64,000 nt of DNA. Origin: Thermoanaerobaculia bacterium. GTDB lineage: Bacteria; Acidobacteriota; Thermoanaerobaculia; UBA5066. The stretch lies in assembly GCA_038245905.1 (NCBI GenBank), contig JBBRRY010000005.1, forward strand, positions 72,742 to 136,741, given 5' to 3'. Shown here piece by piece: positions 9,789-19,903 of the stretch. Each line of letters starts with the position of its first letter. Position 1 is the first letter of the stretch. Both the position numbers and the translations under genes were made by a program. The notes under the pieces were generated by a model that saw only the letters and a program-made list of their open reading frames with translations, was not told the DNA's origin and ran no database searches.

Positions 9789-11321
9789 ATGAAACGTGCT
9801 CTTCTCTTCCTCACGCTGGTCGTCGCTGTCCTGGCCTTGCCGCAGCTCGCCGAATCCCAGGATACGGCTGCGGTCCAAGAAAAGGTCCGCTGGCTCAACA
9901 GCTTCGCGATGAGCGGCGCCGCGTACCATGCGCAGATGCAAATGCTGGGCTTGGCGACGAAGGCCGCCTCCCCCGCGCCAAGCTGGCCGCCGGATCCCGA
10001 CCCTTACCCCTACTCGAGCTACGTCGCCACAAACGACAATCCCTCGCAGGACGTCGAGCCTACCATCTCAAACGTCTGGGTGGGGGGGGCACCGTACGTA
10101 ACGACTGCCTATATTAGCTATCCGGCCGCGTATCCGCACCTGCCCCTTCTTCGAACCGTCACAACATCGACCTCGTTCACGAGCTTCACGCCCAGCACCC
10201 TCTCGCTGCCCGCCCCCCTACCCGGCCAGCCGGAGTTTCAACAGGAGTGGGATCCGTTTCTTGCCGCAAACAACGGCGGCGTCGTCGCTCCCAGACGCCT
10301 GTACGCGATCGGGATCGCCGGCTCGTACACAACGCCTCTCATTACGGCGGTAGTCCTCTGGCGTTCGGAAGACGGGGGACTTACATGGTCCGCACCGGTC
10401 ATCATCGACGACAACCACCTAACCCCCTCCGGCCCCACCGGTTTCTTTCTCGACAAGCCTCACGTTGTTGTCAATCCCAACTCGGGATACGTCTTCGTCA
10501 CATATCTCGCGTATTCGACCGCTACACACGGCCTTGCAACGACGCATTTCTCCCTCAGCACGAACGGGGGGATATCGTTCGCAGCCCCGACAGCGCTATT
10601 CGCCGGCACCATCGGCGGGCCGCAGCTCGCAGTGAATAGCGGTAGTAACAACCTCTACCTCGTATGGGCTGACTACGCCAGCAACCGGCTCTTCGCGAGC
10701 ACGTCGGTAAACAATGGAAGCTCGTGGGGCTCGCCCGTGGGGCTGACGCCCTCCATCGGCCAGCTCGTTGGTCCGATGCCTACCGAGGTCCCTCAACTTT
10801 CGAACGGAATCCACGTCTTCTCCCTTCCGATGGTGCGATACAATCCCGTTGCAGATGTCCTTGGCGTCACGTGGCATCAACGCGAGGACACCAACATCAC
10901 CAACCCGGTGCCGACGGACGTTTATTATTCGTACTTCAACGGCAGCGCGTGGGCAACGCCAATCGCGGTCAGCGCGATAGCTGGGCAGGACGAGTTCATG
11001 CCCGCGCTCGACAGTAACGCGAGTGGATACATTTCGATAACGTATTACAGCACTTATGGAAGCATCGGCAACGTACAATATCGGGAGTGGCTAGCCTACT
11101 GCTCGTTCAGCGGCGCAGAACCGATGACACACGAGCGCTTATCGCCACTATGGTCTAACCCACACAATTACACAATTATTCAAGACTTTATTGGCGACTA
11201 TCAGGATGGCACGAGCATCCGAGGGCTGGGGTACAACCAGTACGTCTCGGCCTGGGTCGGAATCGACGCCAGTTACAACACGGCACATGGGGACATCTAC
11301 CTAACGGACGTGAGCCCCTAA
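9789..11321 (+). CDS. Secreted Asp-box/BNR repeat (sialidase-like beta-propeller) protein
   Basis: Signal peptide; Asp-boxes SEDGGLTW, STNGGISF, SVNNGSSW; DKP and FIGDY motifs. Confidence 0.8.
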   Translation: MKRALLFLTLVVAVLALPQLAESQDTAAVQEKVRWLNSFAMSGAAYHAQMQMLGLATKAASPAPSWPPDPDPYPYSSYVATNDNPSQDVEPTISNVWVGGAPYVTTAYISYPAAYPHLPLLRTVTTSTSFTSFTPSTLSLPAPLPGQPEFQQEWDPFLAANNGGVVAPRRLYAIGIAGSYTTPLITAVVLWRSEDGGLTWSAPVIIDDNHLTPSGPTGFFLDKPHVVVNPNSGYVFVTYLAYSTATHGLATTHFSLSTNGGISFAAPTALFAGTIGGPQLAVNSGSNNLYLVWADYASNRLFASTSVNNGSSWGSPVGLTPSIGQLVGPMPTEVPQLSNGIHVFSLPMVRYNPVADVLGVTWHQREDTNITNPVPTDVYYSYFNGSAWATPIAVSAIAGQDEFMPALDSNASGYISITYYSTYGSIGNVQYREWLAYCSFSGAEPMTHERLSPLWSNPHNYTIIQDFIGDYQDGTSIRGLGYNQYVSAWVGIDASYNTAHGDIYLTDVSP

Positions 11322-11381
11322 GTTCAGGGGTTGCAGCAGTCCCATACCGGCTCGCTGCTCGTCGCGAAAACAGAGGAGAAT

Positions 11382-13133
11382 ATGAACCGACAAAGGGGAA
11401 GCACGACGCCAGCGATCGTAGCGCTCGCGGCATTGCTGCTTGGCCGGGGACCAGCGCCAGGTCAGGTGATTACAGAATTCGCCCTACCCGCCGGCACGCC
11501 TGTAACGCCCCTTCGCCTTTTTACCGCGTACGGGCGTGCAATGACAACCGGCCCCGACGGCAACCTCTGGCTGACGCACGCCGGGCGCTCGAGCATCGTC
11601 CGCGTGACACCAGGCGGTGAAGTTGCAGAGTTCAAGATGTCGGCGCCTCTGGCCGGGATCACCGCAGGCCCGGATGGAAACCTCTGGTTTGCAGCGGGCG
11701 ACAGGATCGGCCGCCTTTCACCTGACGGGACGTCGCTTACGCAGTTCCCGCTGCAATATGGGAGAGACGCCGTGGGTATCGTCGCGGGCCCGGACGGCAA
11801 CCTCTGGTTTACCGAGAGCAGTGACGATTGCCTATGCCCGGGAGGGGCAGTACCTTTTCCTGTTGCGATCGGCAAGCTGACGCCTGGTGGCTCGATGGCC
11901 GAGTACCCGGTCCCGCTCAATCGGAGCGCCGCAGGCATCATCGTAGGGCCCGACCGGAGCCTTTGGTACACCGGGGGCTCGGCAACCGGCATCGGGCACG
12001 CCACGGTCCAGGGCGTTCTGACCGGCGTCGCAACCCAGCCCGCCATCAGCGTACCGACCGGAATTGCTCTAGGGCCCGATGGGAACGTCTGGTTTGTGGG
12101 ACCGACCGCGAACCTCGGTGAGTTCCAAGCCGGGAGGGTTACACCGGCTGGCATCGTCACGACGTACCCCCTGGCGTCACCCGGTGCTCTTCCCCTCGAC
12201 ATCGTCGCCGGGCCCGACGGGAATCTCTGGTTCACAGAGATGAATGCCAACAAGATCGGGCGTATCACGCCGCAGGGCGTCATCACCGAGTTCCCAGTCC
12301 CGACCCCGGATTCGCAGCCGACCGCCATCTGCGTGGGGCCGGACGGCAACATCTGGTTCACGGAATCCAATGCCGGCAAGGTCGGACGGCTCGCTCTCTC
12401 GGGGCCTGCCTCCGGAAAGGTCACGCTCACCGTTCCAGCCGCGGCCTCGTCGGCGGGCGCGAACGGCACGTTCTTCCACACTGACCTCTGGCTTATGAAC
12501 CGGTCGCACACATCGACAGTCGTCGCGACGCTCACGTACCGGTGCGCGGCGGGACTCGCCTGCGGCAACGCCGTTCAGCCCGTGACGCTCCAGCCCCGCC
12601 AATCGACGATGCTCACCGACGTGATCGGGCGGACGTTTGGCGCCCCGAGCACGTCCGGCGCCATCGAGGTCTCCTGGCCCACGACCTCAGGTCCCGTCAG
12701 CGCCTCGTCGCAGGTCTCATCGCCGATGCCACCGGCTCCCGCGTTCGGCACGCTGATTCCCGCACTGCCGCTTGCGGACGCGAAGATGTACGCGGTTTTC
12801 ATCGGCGTCGCATCCGGCGGCGGCCTGGCGTCGGGCTCGCGCTCCAACGCCGGGGCTTACAACCCGCAGGCGCTACCCGTGGATGTGACGTTCGTGCTCT
12901 ACAAGGGGGACGGGACAAGCCTGGGGACGTACACGAGGACGTACCAGCCGAATGAGTCCCACCAGCTATTCCCGAACATCTTCGATCTTCTCGGGGTTGG
13001 TTCGACGCCGGCGAAGGACGCCTATCTCGTCGTGTCCGCCACGGCGCCGGTCTTCCCGTACGTGACCGTCATCGACAACGTCTCGGGCGACTCGTCGTTC
13101 CTCTCCGCCTCGGACGACGAAACGGCGCCGTAG
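11382..13133 (+). CDS. Secreted Vgb (virginiamycin B lyase)-like beta-propeller with C-terminal tandem beta-sandwich module
   Basis: GAGGAG RBS; about seven GPDGNLWF repeats; C-terminal TDLWLMN...YVTVIDNVSGD module. Confidence 0.85.
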   Translation: MNRQRGSTTPAIVALAALLLGRGPAPGQVITEFALPAGTPVTPLRLFTAYGRAMTTGPDGNLWLTHAGRSSIVRVTPGGEVAEFKMSAPLAGITAGPDGNLWFAAGDRIGRLSPDGTSLTQFPLQYGRDAVGIVAGPDGNLWFTESSDDCLCPGGAVPFPVAIGKLTPGGSMAEYPVPLNRSAAGIIVGPDRSLWYTGGSATGIGHATVQGVLTGVATQPAISVPTGIALGPDGNVWFVGPTANLGEFQAGRVTPAGIVTTYPLASPGALPLDIVAGPDGNLWFTEMNANKIGRITPQGVITEFPVPTPDSQPTAICVGPDGNIWFTESNAGKVGRLALSGPASGKVTLTVPAAASSAGANGTFFHTDLWLMNRSHTSTVVATLTYRCAAGLACGNAVQPVTLQPRQSTMLTDVIGRTFGAPSTSGAIEVSWPTTSGPVSASSQVSSPMPPAPAFGTLIPALPLADAKMYAVFIGVASGGGLASGSRSNAGAYNPQALPVDVTFVLYKGDGTSLGTYTRTYQPNESHQLFPNIFDLLGVGSTPAKDAYLVVSATAPVFPYVTVIDNVSGDSSFLSASDDETAP

Positions 13134-13142
13134 CTCCGGAGC

Positions 13143-14879
13143 CTACTTCCCCGCCGCCGTGCCGTAGCCGCGCGGGTCGGCGACCGCCGTGAGCGTGCCG
13201 TCCTTCTCGAACGCGATCGCGTGGACGCGGCCGAGCATTCCCCCCGTGTAGAGCGTGCCGCGCTCGTCGAGGGCGTGCCCCTTCGCGCGAAGGGCGGCCC
13301 TTACGTCCTCGGGGAACGCGTCCCGCTCCAGCTCGATCCGGTCCGGGAGGTGCTGGTGGTGAAACCGTCGTGCGGCGACGGCTTCCGCGAGAGGCTCGCC
13401 GCGGCGCGCCGCATTCAGGTAGACCTGTAGGACCGTCGTCGGAATCGTGCCGCCGCCCGGAGACCCGAGGACGAGCCGCGGACGGCCGTCCTCGAGGACG
13501 AGGAGCGGCGTCATGGACGAGAGCGGCCGTGCTCCCGCGCGCACCGCGTTCGACTCGCCCTGCACGAGCCCGTAGGCGTTCGCGACGCCCGGCTCCACGG
13601 CAAAGTCGTCCATCTCATTGTTCAGGACGACGCCGACGCCGGGCACGACGGTCCGGTTCCCGAACGTGTCGTTGAGCGTGTACGTGAACGCGACGGCCCC
13701 ACCGTCTGCCGTGGCGGTCGAGAGGTGCGTCGTCTGGTCCGGGTCGCGCGGCCAGGCCCCTCCCGCGATCGACGAGGACGGAGTCGCGCGGGTAGGGTCG
13801 ATCGAGAACCCGAGCGCCGCGAGCCTTGCCGGCGCGAGGAGCGACGCGAGCGGTACGTCGACGCAGAGAGGGTCGCCGAGGAACCGATTGCGGTCCGCGT
13901 AGGCGCGGCGCTCGGCCTCGGCGACGAGATGAATCGACTCGACCGCGTCCCGGTCGTCGATCGCGCCCCGGACGAAGCGGAGTTGACCGAGGATCGACGC
14001 AAGGAGGAAACCCCCTGACGACGGCAGCGGCATCGTCACGAGGCGGAAGCGCCCGTCGTCGAAGACGAATGGCGGCCGCCACTCGGGCCGGTAGCCTGCG
14101 AGGTCCTCCTCGGTGAGAACGCCGCCCGTCTCCCGCACGAACGCCGCGATCCGGCGCGCGAGGTCGCCTCGATGGAACCCGTCGGCACCCTTCGTGGCAA
14201 TCGTCTCGAGCGTCTTCGCGAGATTCTCCTGCACGAGGAGCGCGCCCGCCGGAAGCGGCTTGCCTCCGCGCAGAAACAGCCTCGAAGCCTCGGCGTCCCG
14301 CCCGAGGTCCGCCGCATAGTCCGCGAGGAGCTTCGCGAGGCCCTCCGGGACGCGGAAGCCCTCGCGCGCGAGACGCACGGCCGGCGCGACGAGGCGGGGC
14401 CACGGGAGCTTCCCGTAGCGCCGATGGAGGGCCTCGAGGCCGCGCACCGTGCCCGGCGTTCCGACCGAGAGGCCGCCGCGCGTCGAGGCGCCGCGGCGCG
14501 CCTTCCGGTCCGGGCCGAGGAAGCTGTCTCTCCACGTACCCGCGGGCGCAGTCTCGCGGAAGTCGAGCGCCCAGATCTCGCCACTCGGCGTCCGGCCGAC
14601 GGCAAAGCCCCCTCCGGCGAGGTTTCCTGCGGGAGGGTAGGTCACGGCAAGCGCGAACGCAGTTGCGACCGCCGCATCCACGGCGTTGCCGCCCGCCGCG
14701 AGGACCGCCGCGCCGGCCAGGGTCGCCTCCGGCGTCGCGGACGCGACGGCGCCCTGCCGCGAGTGCGCCGTCTTCGCTTCACCGAAGGGAGCGGACGCGG
14801 AGGGCTGCCCGCCCGTCGCGGCCAGCACGGCGGGCACGGACACGAGCAGAGCGAGACCGGATGCGAGACGGGCGCGCAT
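13143..14879 (-). CDS. ggt: Gamma-glutamyltransferase
   Basis: GGNAVDAAVA, DFRETAP, catalytic TTHLS, LNNEMDDF, PLSSMTP, GSPGG. Confidence 0.95.
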   Translation of the reverse strand: MRARLASGLALLVSVPAVLAATGGQPSASAPFGEAKTAHSRQGAVASATPEATLAGAAVLAAGGNAVDAAVATAFALAVTYPPAGNLAGGGFAVGRTPSGEIWALDFRETAPAGTWRDSFLGPDRKARRGASTRGGLSVGTPGTVRGLEALHRRYGKLPWPRLVAPAVRLAREGFRVPEGLAKLLADYAADLGRDAEASRLFLRGGKPLPAGALLVQENLAKTLETIATKGADGFHRGDLARRIAAFVRETGGVLTEEDLAGYRPEWRPPFVFDDGRFRLVTMPLPSSGGFLLASILGQLRFVRGAIDDRDAVESIHLVAEAERRAYADRNRFLGDPLCVDVPLASLLAPARLAALGFSIDPTRATPSSSIAGGAWPRDPDQTTHLSTATADGGAVAFTYTLNDTFGNRTVVPGVGVVLNNEMDDFAVEPGVANAYGLVQGESNAVRAGARPLSSMTPLLVLEDGRPRLVLGSPGGGTIPTTVLQVYLNAARRGEPLAEAVAARRFHHQHLPDRIELERDAFPEDVRAALRAKGHALDERGTLYTGGMLGRVHAIAFEKDGTLTAVADPRGYGTAAGK

Positions 14880-14888
14880 TTGTGGAGC

Positions 14889-17675
14889 CTAGCGCAGGAC
14901 GACGGTCAGGTTCTTCAAGGCGTCCACGTCGAGCACGAGGGTCCGGCCGTCGCTTGAGAGCGTGAGAGGAACGACCTTGTACTGGTTGACGCTCCGATCC
15001 GTGGCAATGACCCAGGCCTTGAACTCGGCCAGCCCAGATGGCACTTCGATCTCACCATCGAGGCTTCCGCCGCCCGACTTCCGACCGAAATCGAACGTAC
15101 GCCGAAACACCTCGACGTCATTGCGGCGCAACATCACGTAGCCCTGCGGCGTCGGGACCGTCAGGGCGATGCGCAACCGGACGCGAGCGGGTGTCGGCCC
15201 AACGGTCGGAGCAACGGTTTCGATTCGGGGCGCCACAGCCACCGGCTCTGGAGCGGCTGTCGGCGGAGCCACGGGCTTCGCGGCCGCCTTCATCGAGCGG
15301 ATTTGATCCGCAGCCCTCTTCTGGGCGGCGCGTCCCTGCTTCGCAACTTCCGCGAGAGCCGCTGCCTTGAGCTCCCGCGCTTCCACCGAGTCGGGAACGA
15401 GGGCGAGGATCGCGTCCGCTTCCACGACGACGCGCGGGAAGTCATTCGCTTCGCGAGCCTCGCGCGCCACCGCGAGGCGCGCGCCGGCTTCCGCGGCGCG
15501 CCGGTCCTGGTCGTCCTTCTTCGCGAGAGCAGCTTCCGCTTTTTCGAGGGCGGCGCGGCCGGCCGCAGACTCGGGCGCCTGCCGCACGAGATCGAGGAAG
15601 GCAGCCCGCGCCTCGGCCGGGCGCCCTTCGGCCAGCGCGCGTGTGCCGTCATCGAGAAGCTTCTTCCGAGCCAGCGTGTCCCGTTCCGCGGCTTCGTCCG
15701 GAGCCTTGCCCGCGACGGCGCAACCGCGCTGGAGGAGAAGGCCCACGGTCACGGCGGCGATGAGCACGGCGACGCCCACGGTCAGGTAGACGAAGCGGCG
15801 GTTGACCTCGCGCTTAAGGATGTCGGGCACCTTCTCGGAGCCGGACGGCGCACCGGGCCCGGAGAGAGCCGTCACGGGACCCGTGATGTCGCGACCGGGC
15901 GCGCGGGCAGCGGTGGCCGCGGGCCGGCTCCCGAGGGGACGCGCCGGCGGCCCGGCGAGAGCGGCGGAAGGACGAATCGGTTCCGTGACGTCCCGGCCTG
16001 TCTTGGCGATCCGGGGCGCCCCGCCCGGGGAGTCCGGGACCGGAACGGGCGGAACCGGCCGCGAGAGCGTGGGCGTGGTGGGCGGGCCCGGGGCCGGGAC
16101 GGGCGCTGCGGGTCGCGCCGGGGGCCGCATTGGCGAGACCGGTGGCGGAGGCGCCCCCCCGGAGGGCAGGGGGATGACCGAGGCGGGCGTCTGGGGCGGC
16201 GGCAGGCTTCGGGCGGGGGGCGAGGACACTATGGTGACGGCGGGAGGCGCGTTCCGGAGGGGCTCCTTTGGCGCGGAGCCAACCGGCGACGGAAGCGTTT
16301 GAATCCGCTCCGTGAGCTGCGAGAGCACATCACCCCTGCTCTCCTTGACGACGGTGGCGGCCGCCGATGGGTCCGCCGGACGCTCGGGCGGACGGATGCG
16401 CCCGCTGTCACGGTCCGTCGCCGGCTTCACACCGCGCTGCACTTCGGAGACGAGAGTGCCCGGCGAGGAGGGCGGGGGCTCGTGCACCTCGTCCTCCTCG
16501 CGCCCCTTCACGGAGTTCGGCCTCAGGGCGTCCGTGTCCAGACTCCAATCGGGGCCCGAGCCGCCGATCCCGTGACCGGGGCTCGGGACTGCCGCGAGCG
16601 ACGGGTCGAGGTCGCTCCGCCCGCGCCGGGCGAGATCCTCGAGCGTCGTTTTTCCGCCACCGAGGGGACCCGGTGCGGACGGGCGCGCGAGCGGACCGGA
16701 AGGAATGGGCGTCCTCGACCCGGAGGACGCGCGGCTCTCCTGGGACTCCACGGCCGAGACCGGCCCGAGCCGCTCGGCCTGCGCGACCATCTCGCCCAGG
16801 TCCTTCAGCATCTCCATTTCGGCGTTCCGCGCCCGGAATTCGGACAGCGCCTGGACGAAGTCTTTCCCGCTCTGGAACCGGGCGGCGGGATCCTTCGCGA
16901 GCGCGCGCGCCAGGATCGGGTTGAACTCCGCCGGGATCGCGGCGTCGTACGTTTGCGCCGACGGGTATTCCTCGTGGACGATCTTGTACGAGATCGAGGT
17001 GAGGTTGTCGCCGGCGAACGGCTTCTTCTTCGTCAGGAGCTCGTACAGGACGACGCCGAGCGAGAAGAGATCGCTGCGCCCGTCCACGACCTCTCCGGTC
17101 ACCTGCTCGGGAGACATGTAATTCGGCGTCCCGAGGAATTGCCCGGTGGCCGTCAGACTCGAGCTGTTGATCTTCGCGATCCCGAAGTCCGTGATCTTCA
17201 CGGTGCCGTCGTTCGTGAGGATGATGTTGGCCGGCTTCACGTCGCGATGCACGATGCCGCGGCGGTGCGCGTAGTCGAGGGCGTCCCCGACGCTCGTCAC
17301 GATCTCGGCGACCCGGTCGTACGAGAGCGAGACCTTGTCCTTCAGGATCTGCTTGAGGTTCTTGCCCTCGACGTACTCCATCGCGATGAAGGACGTCCCG
17401 GTCTCCACCTCCTCACCGACGTCGTGGATCGTCACGATATTCGGGTGGGACAGCGTTCCCGCCGCCTGCGCCTCTCTGAGAAAGCGCTCCGTGAACTCGC
17501 GGGTCTCCGAGTCGTCTTCGCCTGTGGCCCGGATCGTCTTCAGCGCGACGCGCCGGCCGATCACGGGATCGCGTCCGAGGAACACGACGCCCATCGCGCC
17601 CTTGCCAAGCTCGCGCTCGACCTCGTAACGCGCGAACTTTCTGGGCAGGTTGGGCGAAATCGGATCGGGCGGCAG
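14889..17675 (-). CDS. Hanks-type Ser/Thr kinase with long Pro-rich linker, TM, TPR-like and C-terminal beta domain
   Basis: LGKGAMGVV, HRDVKPAN, DFGIAK, GTPNYMSPE; frame must extend upstream of ATG 17594, likely CTG 17675 after GGAGG. Confidence 0.9.
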   Translation of the reverse strand: MPPDPISPNLPRKFARYEVERELGKGAMGVVFLGRDPVIGRRVALKTIRATGEDDSETREFTERFLREAQAAGTLSHPNIVTIHDVGEEVETGTSFIAMEYVEGKNLKQILKDKVSLSYDRVAEIVTSVGDALDYAHRRGIVHRDVKPANIILTNDGTVKITDFGIAKINSSSLTATGQFLGTPNYMSPEQVTGEVVDGRSDLFSLGVVLYELLTKKKPFAGDNLTSISYKIVHEEYPSAQTYDAAIPAEFNPILARALAKDPAARFQSGKDFVQALSEFRARNAEMEMLKDLGEMVAQAERLGPVSAVESQESRASSGSRTPIPSGPLARPSAPGPLGGGKTTLEDLARRGRSDLDPSLAAVPSPGHGIGGSGPDWSLDTDALRPNSVKGREEDEVHEPPPSSPGTLVSEVQRGVKPATDRDSGRIRPPERPADPSAAATVVKESRGDVLSQLTERIQTLPSPVGSAPKEPLRNAPPAVTIVSSPPARSLPPPQTPASVIPLPSGGAPPPPVSPMRPPARPAAPVPAPGPPTTPTLSRPVPPVPVPDSPGGAPRIAKTGRDVTEPIRPSAALAGPPARPLGSRPAATAARAPGRDITGPVTALSGPGAPSGSEKVPDILKREVNRRFVYLTVGVAVLIAAVTVGLLLQRGCAVAGKAPDEAAERDTLARKKLLDDGTRALAEGRPAEARAAFLDLVRQAPESAAGRAALEKAEAALAKKDDQDRRAAEAGARLAVAREAREANDFPRVVVEADAILALVPDSVEARELKAAALAEVAKQGRAAQKRAADQIRSMKAAAKPVAPPTAAPEPVAVAPRIETVAPTVGPTPARVRLRIALTVPTPQGYVMLRRNDVEVFRRTFDFGRKSGGGSLDGEIEVPSGLAEFKAWVIATDRSVNQYKVVPLTLSSDGRTLVLDVDALKNLTVVLR

Positions 17676-17809
17676 ACAACCTCCATGCCTGCGCCCACGC
17701 GCAGGTGACCCGGGGGTCAGCCCCCGGGGATTCTGAAATTCTAGCAGTCACGCGGGAAGGTGACCGCCTATAATTCCAGCCCCGAAACGAAAATCCGGAG
17801 GGTCACCGA

Positions 17810-19900
17810 ATGAAGGTTTACCCCGCTTCCGCCATCCACAACGTCGCCGTCGTCGGGCACAACGGCGTCGGAAAGACGACGCTTGTTTCCGCTCTCCTGC
17901 ACGAGGCCGGCGCGACGCCGCGCTTCGGACGCGTGGAAGAGGGCAACACGCCGACCGATTTCGACCCGGAGGAGATCGAGCGAAAAATCTCGATCTCGCT
18001 CGCGGTCGCGTCGCTCGAGTGGAAGAAGAAGAAGGTCAACCTCATCGACACGCCCGGCTATGGCATCTTCGTCTCGGAGATGATCTGTGGCCTGAAGGCG
18101 GCCGATGCCGCGCTCCTCGTCGTGGACGCCGTCGCCGGAGTCCAGGTCCAGACCGAGAAAGCCTGGAAGCTGTGCGACGAGCTCGGGTTACCGCGTCTCG
18201 TGGTCGTCAACCGCATGGACCGCGAGAACGCGGACGGCGGCCGCGTGATGGAGCAGCTCGCCCGGAAATTCGGCCGCACCTGCGTCTGCCTCGAGGCGCC
18301 CATCGGACGCGAGAAGTCGTTCCGGGGCGTCATCGACCTCGTCGCGATGGAGGGCTATCTGACGGACGCCGCCGGGAAGACGGCTGCCGGTGCCATTCCC
18401 GAAGAGTTCGCGAAGGACGCGGCGGCCCTGCACGAAGCGCTCGTCGAGATGGTGGCCGAAGGCGATGACAAGCTCATGGAGACTTTCTTCGCTCAGGGCA
18501 ACCTTTCCGAGGAGCAGATGAAGCCCGCCCTCCAGAAGGCGATCCGCGACCGGAAGATCACGCCCGTCCTGTTCACGGCGAGCGGAGACCACGAGACGGG
18601 AGTCGAGAAGCTCCTCGACGAGATCGTCGACCTGCTTCCAACCGCCGACTCGTTCCAGACGGTTGCCGTCAACAAGGCCGGGGCGAGCGAGGCGCTCGCC
18701 GCCGATCCGTCCGGCGCGCCGGCCGCGTTCGTCTTCAAGACGATCTCCGACCCGTACGCGGGCCGCCTGACGCTCTTCCGCGTCGTCTCGGGCACGTTCA
18801 AGAGCGACGGGACGTACATGAATCCGACACGCGAGACGCCCGAGCGCTTCGGGCAGGTCTTCTCACCCCTCGGAAAGGCGATGCAGAACGTGCCCGAGAT
18901 TCCCGCGGGCGATATCGGAGGCGTCGCGAAGCTCAAGGAGACGCTCACGGGGGATTCCCTCTCCCTGAAGGAGAAGCCCCTCGTCTTCGCACCGCCGTCC
19001 TTTCCGGAGCCCGCGATCGCCTTCGCGATCGAGCCGAAGTCCAAGGGCGACGAGGACAAGATTTCCGTCGCGCTCCACAAGCTCATCGAGGAAGACCCGT
19101 CCCTGCACTTCTCGCGGGACATGGACACGCACGACTTCCTCCTCGCAGGCGCCGGGCAGCTCCACGTCGAGATCGCCATCGCGCGCATGAAGAGAAAGAG
19201 CGGAGTCGAGGTCATCCTCCACCCGCCCAAGGTCCCGTACCGGGAGACGATCACGCGTCCGGCCGAAGGGCACGGCCGCCACAAGAAACAGACGGGCGGG
19301 CACGGCCAGTTCGCGGACTGCAAGATCCGTATCAAACCGCTCGCGCGCGGCGAGGATTTCGAGTTCGTCGACGACCTCTACGGCGGCTCGATTCCGCGCA
19401 ACTACGTACCCGCCGTGGAGAAGGGAATCCAGGACGTTAGAAAGCGCGGCTTCCTCGCCGGCTTCCCGATGGTCGACTTCCGCGTCGAGCTCTACGACGG
19501 GCAGTACCACGACGTCGACTCTTCGGAAATGGCTTTCAAGATCGCCGGCTCGCTCGCGTACAAGGACGCCATGGAGAGGGCGAGGCCGACCATCCTCGAG
19601 CCCATCATGAAAATCGCGATCCGCGCGCCCCAGGAATATATGGGCGACCTCATGGGCGACCTCACGTCGCGCCGCGGACGCCCCGCCGGCATGGATCAGG
19701 AGGGTGACGACTCCATCATCCGCGCCGAAGCGCCGCTCGCCGAGATGATCTCGTACGGGTCGATCCTTCGGGCCATCACGCAGGGTCGCGGCTCGTTCCA
19801 CATGGAGATGGGCCACTACGAGGAGGTCCCGCGCCTCCTCCAGGACAAGCTCATCGCCGAGCGCGCGAAAAACCGCAAGGTGGAGGTCGTCGAGGAGTAG
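17810..19900 (+). CDS. fusA2: Elongation factor G paralog (EF-G2 type)
   Basis: GHNGVGKTT, DTPGY, NRMDR, KKQTGGHGQF, YHDVDSSEMAF; GGAGG RBS and TATAAT upstream. Confidence 0.92.
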   Translation: MKVYPASAIHNVAVVGHNGVGKTTLVSALLHEAGATPRFGRVEEGNTPTDFDPEEIERKISISLAVASLEWKKKKVNLIDTPGYGIFVSEMICGLKAADAALLVVDAVAGVQVQTEKAWKLCDELGLPRLVVVNRMDRENADGGRVMEQLARKFGRTCVCLEAPIGREKSFRGVIDLVAMEGYLTDAAGKTAAGAIPEEFAKDAAALHEALVEMVAEGDDKLMETFFAQGNLSEEQMKPALQKAIRDRKITPVLFTASGDHETGVEKLLDEIVDLLPTADSFQTVAVNKAGASEALAADPSGAPAAFVFKTISDPYAGRLTLFRVVSGTFKSDGTYMNPTRETPERFGQVFSPLGKAMQNVPEIPAGDIGGVAKLKETLTGDSLSLKEKPLVFAPPSFPEPAIAFAIEPKSKGDEDKISVALHKLIEEDPSLHFSRDMDTHDFLLAGAGQLHVEIAIARMKRKSGVEVILHPPKVPYRETITRPAEGHGRHKKQTGGHGQFADCKIRIKPLARGEDFEFVDDLYGGSIPRNYVPAVEKGIQDVRKRGFLAGFPMVDFRVELYDGQYHDVDSSEMAFKIAGSLAYKDAMERARPTILEPIMKIAIRAPQEYMGDLMGDLTSRRGRPAGMDQEGDDSIIRAEAPLAEMISYGSILRAITQGRGSFHMEMGHYEEVPRLLQDKLIAERAKNRKVEVVEE

Positions 19901-19903
19901 GGA

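Noticed and set aside
11540-12400. Repeated GGCCCGGACGGCAAC DNA motifs resembling an array
   Set aside because: Coding repeats of the GPDGNLWF propeller blades, not CRISPR
11382-13133. Streptogramin B resistance (vgb) call
   Set aside because: Secreted and fused to a surface module; fold similarity only, catalytic residues not verified
13130-13146. Near-palindrome GTAGCTCCGGAGCCTAC between convergent stops
   Set aside because: Too short, partly forced by the two TAG codons, no U-tract
15850-16750. Low-complexity GC/Pro-rich stretch
   Set aside because: Explained by the kinase linker; no discrete DNA repeat unit
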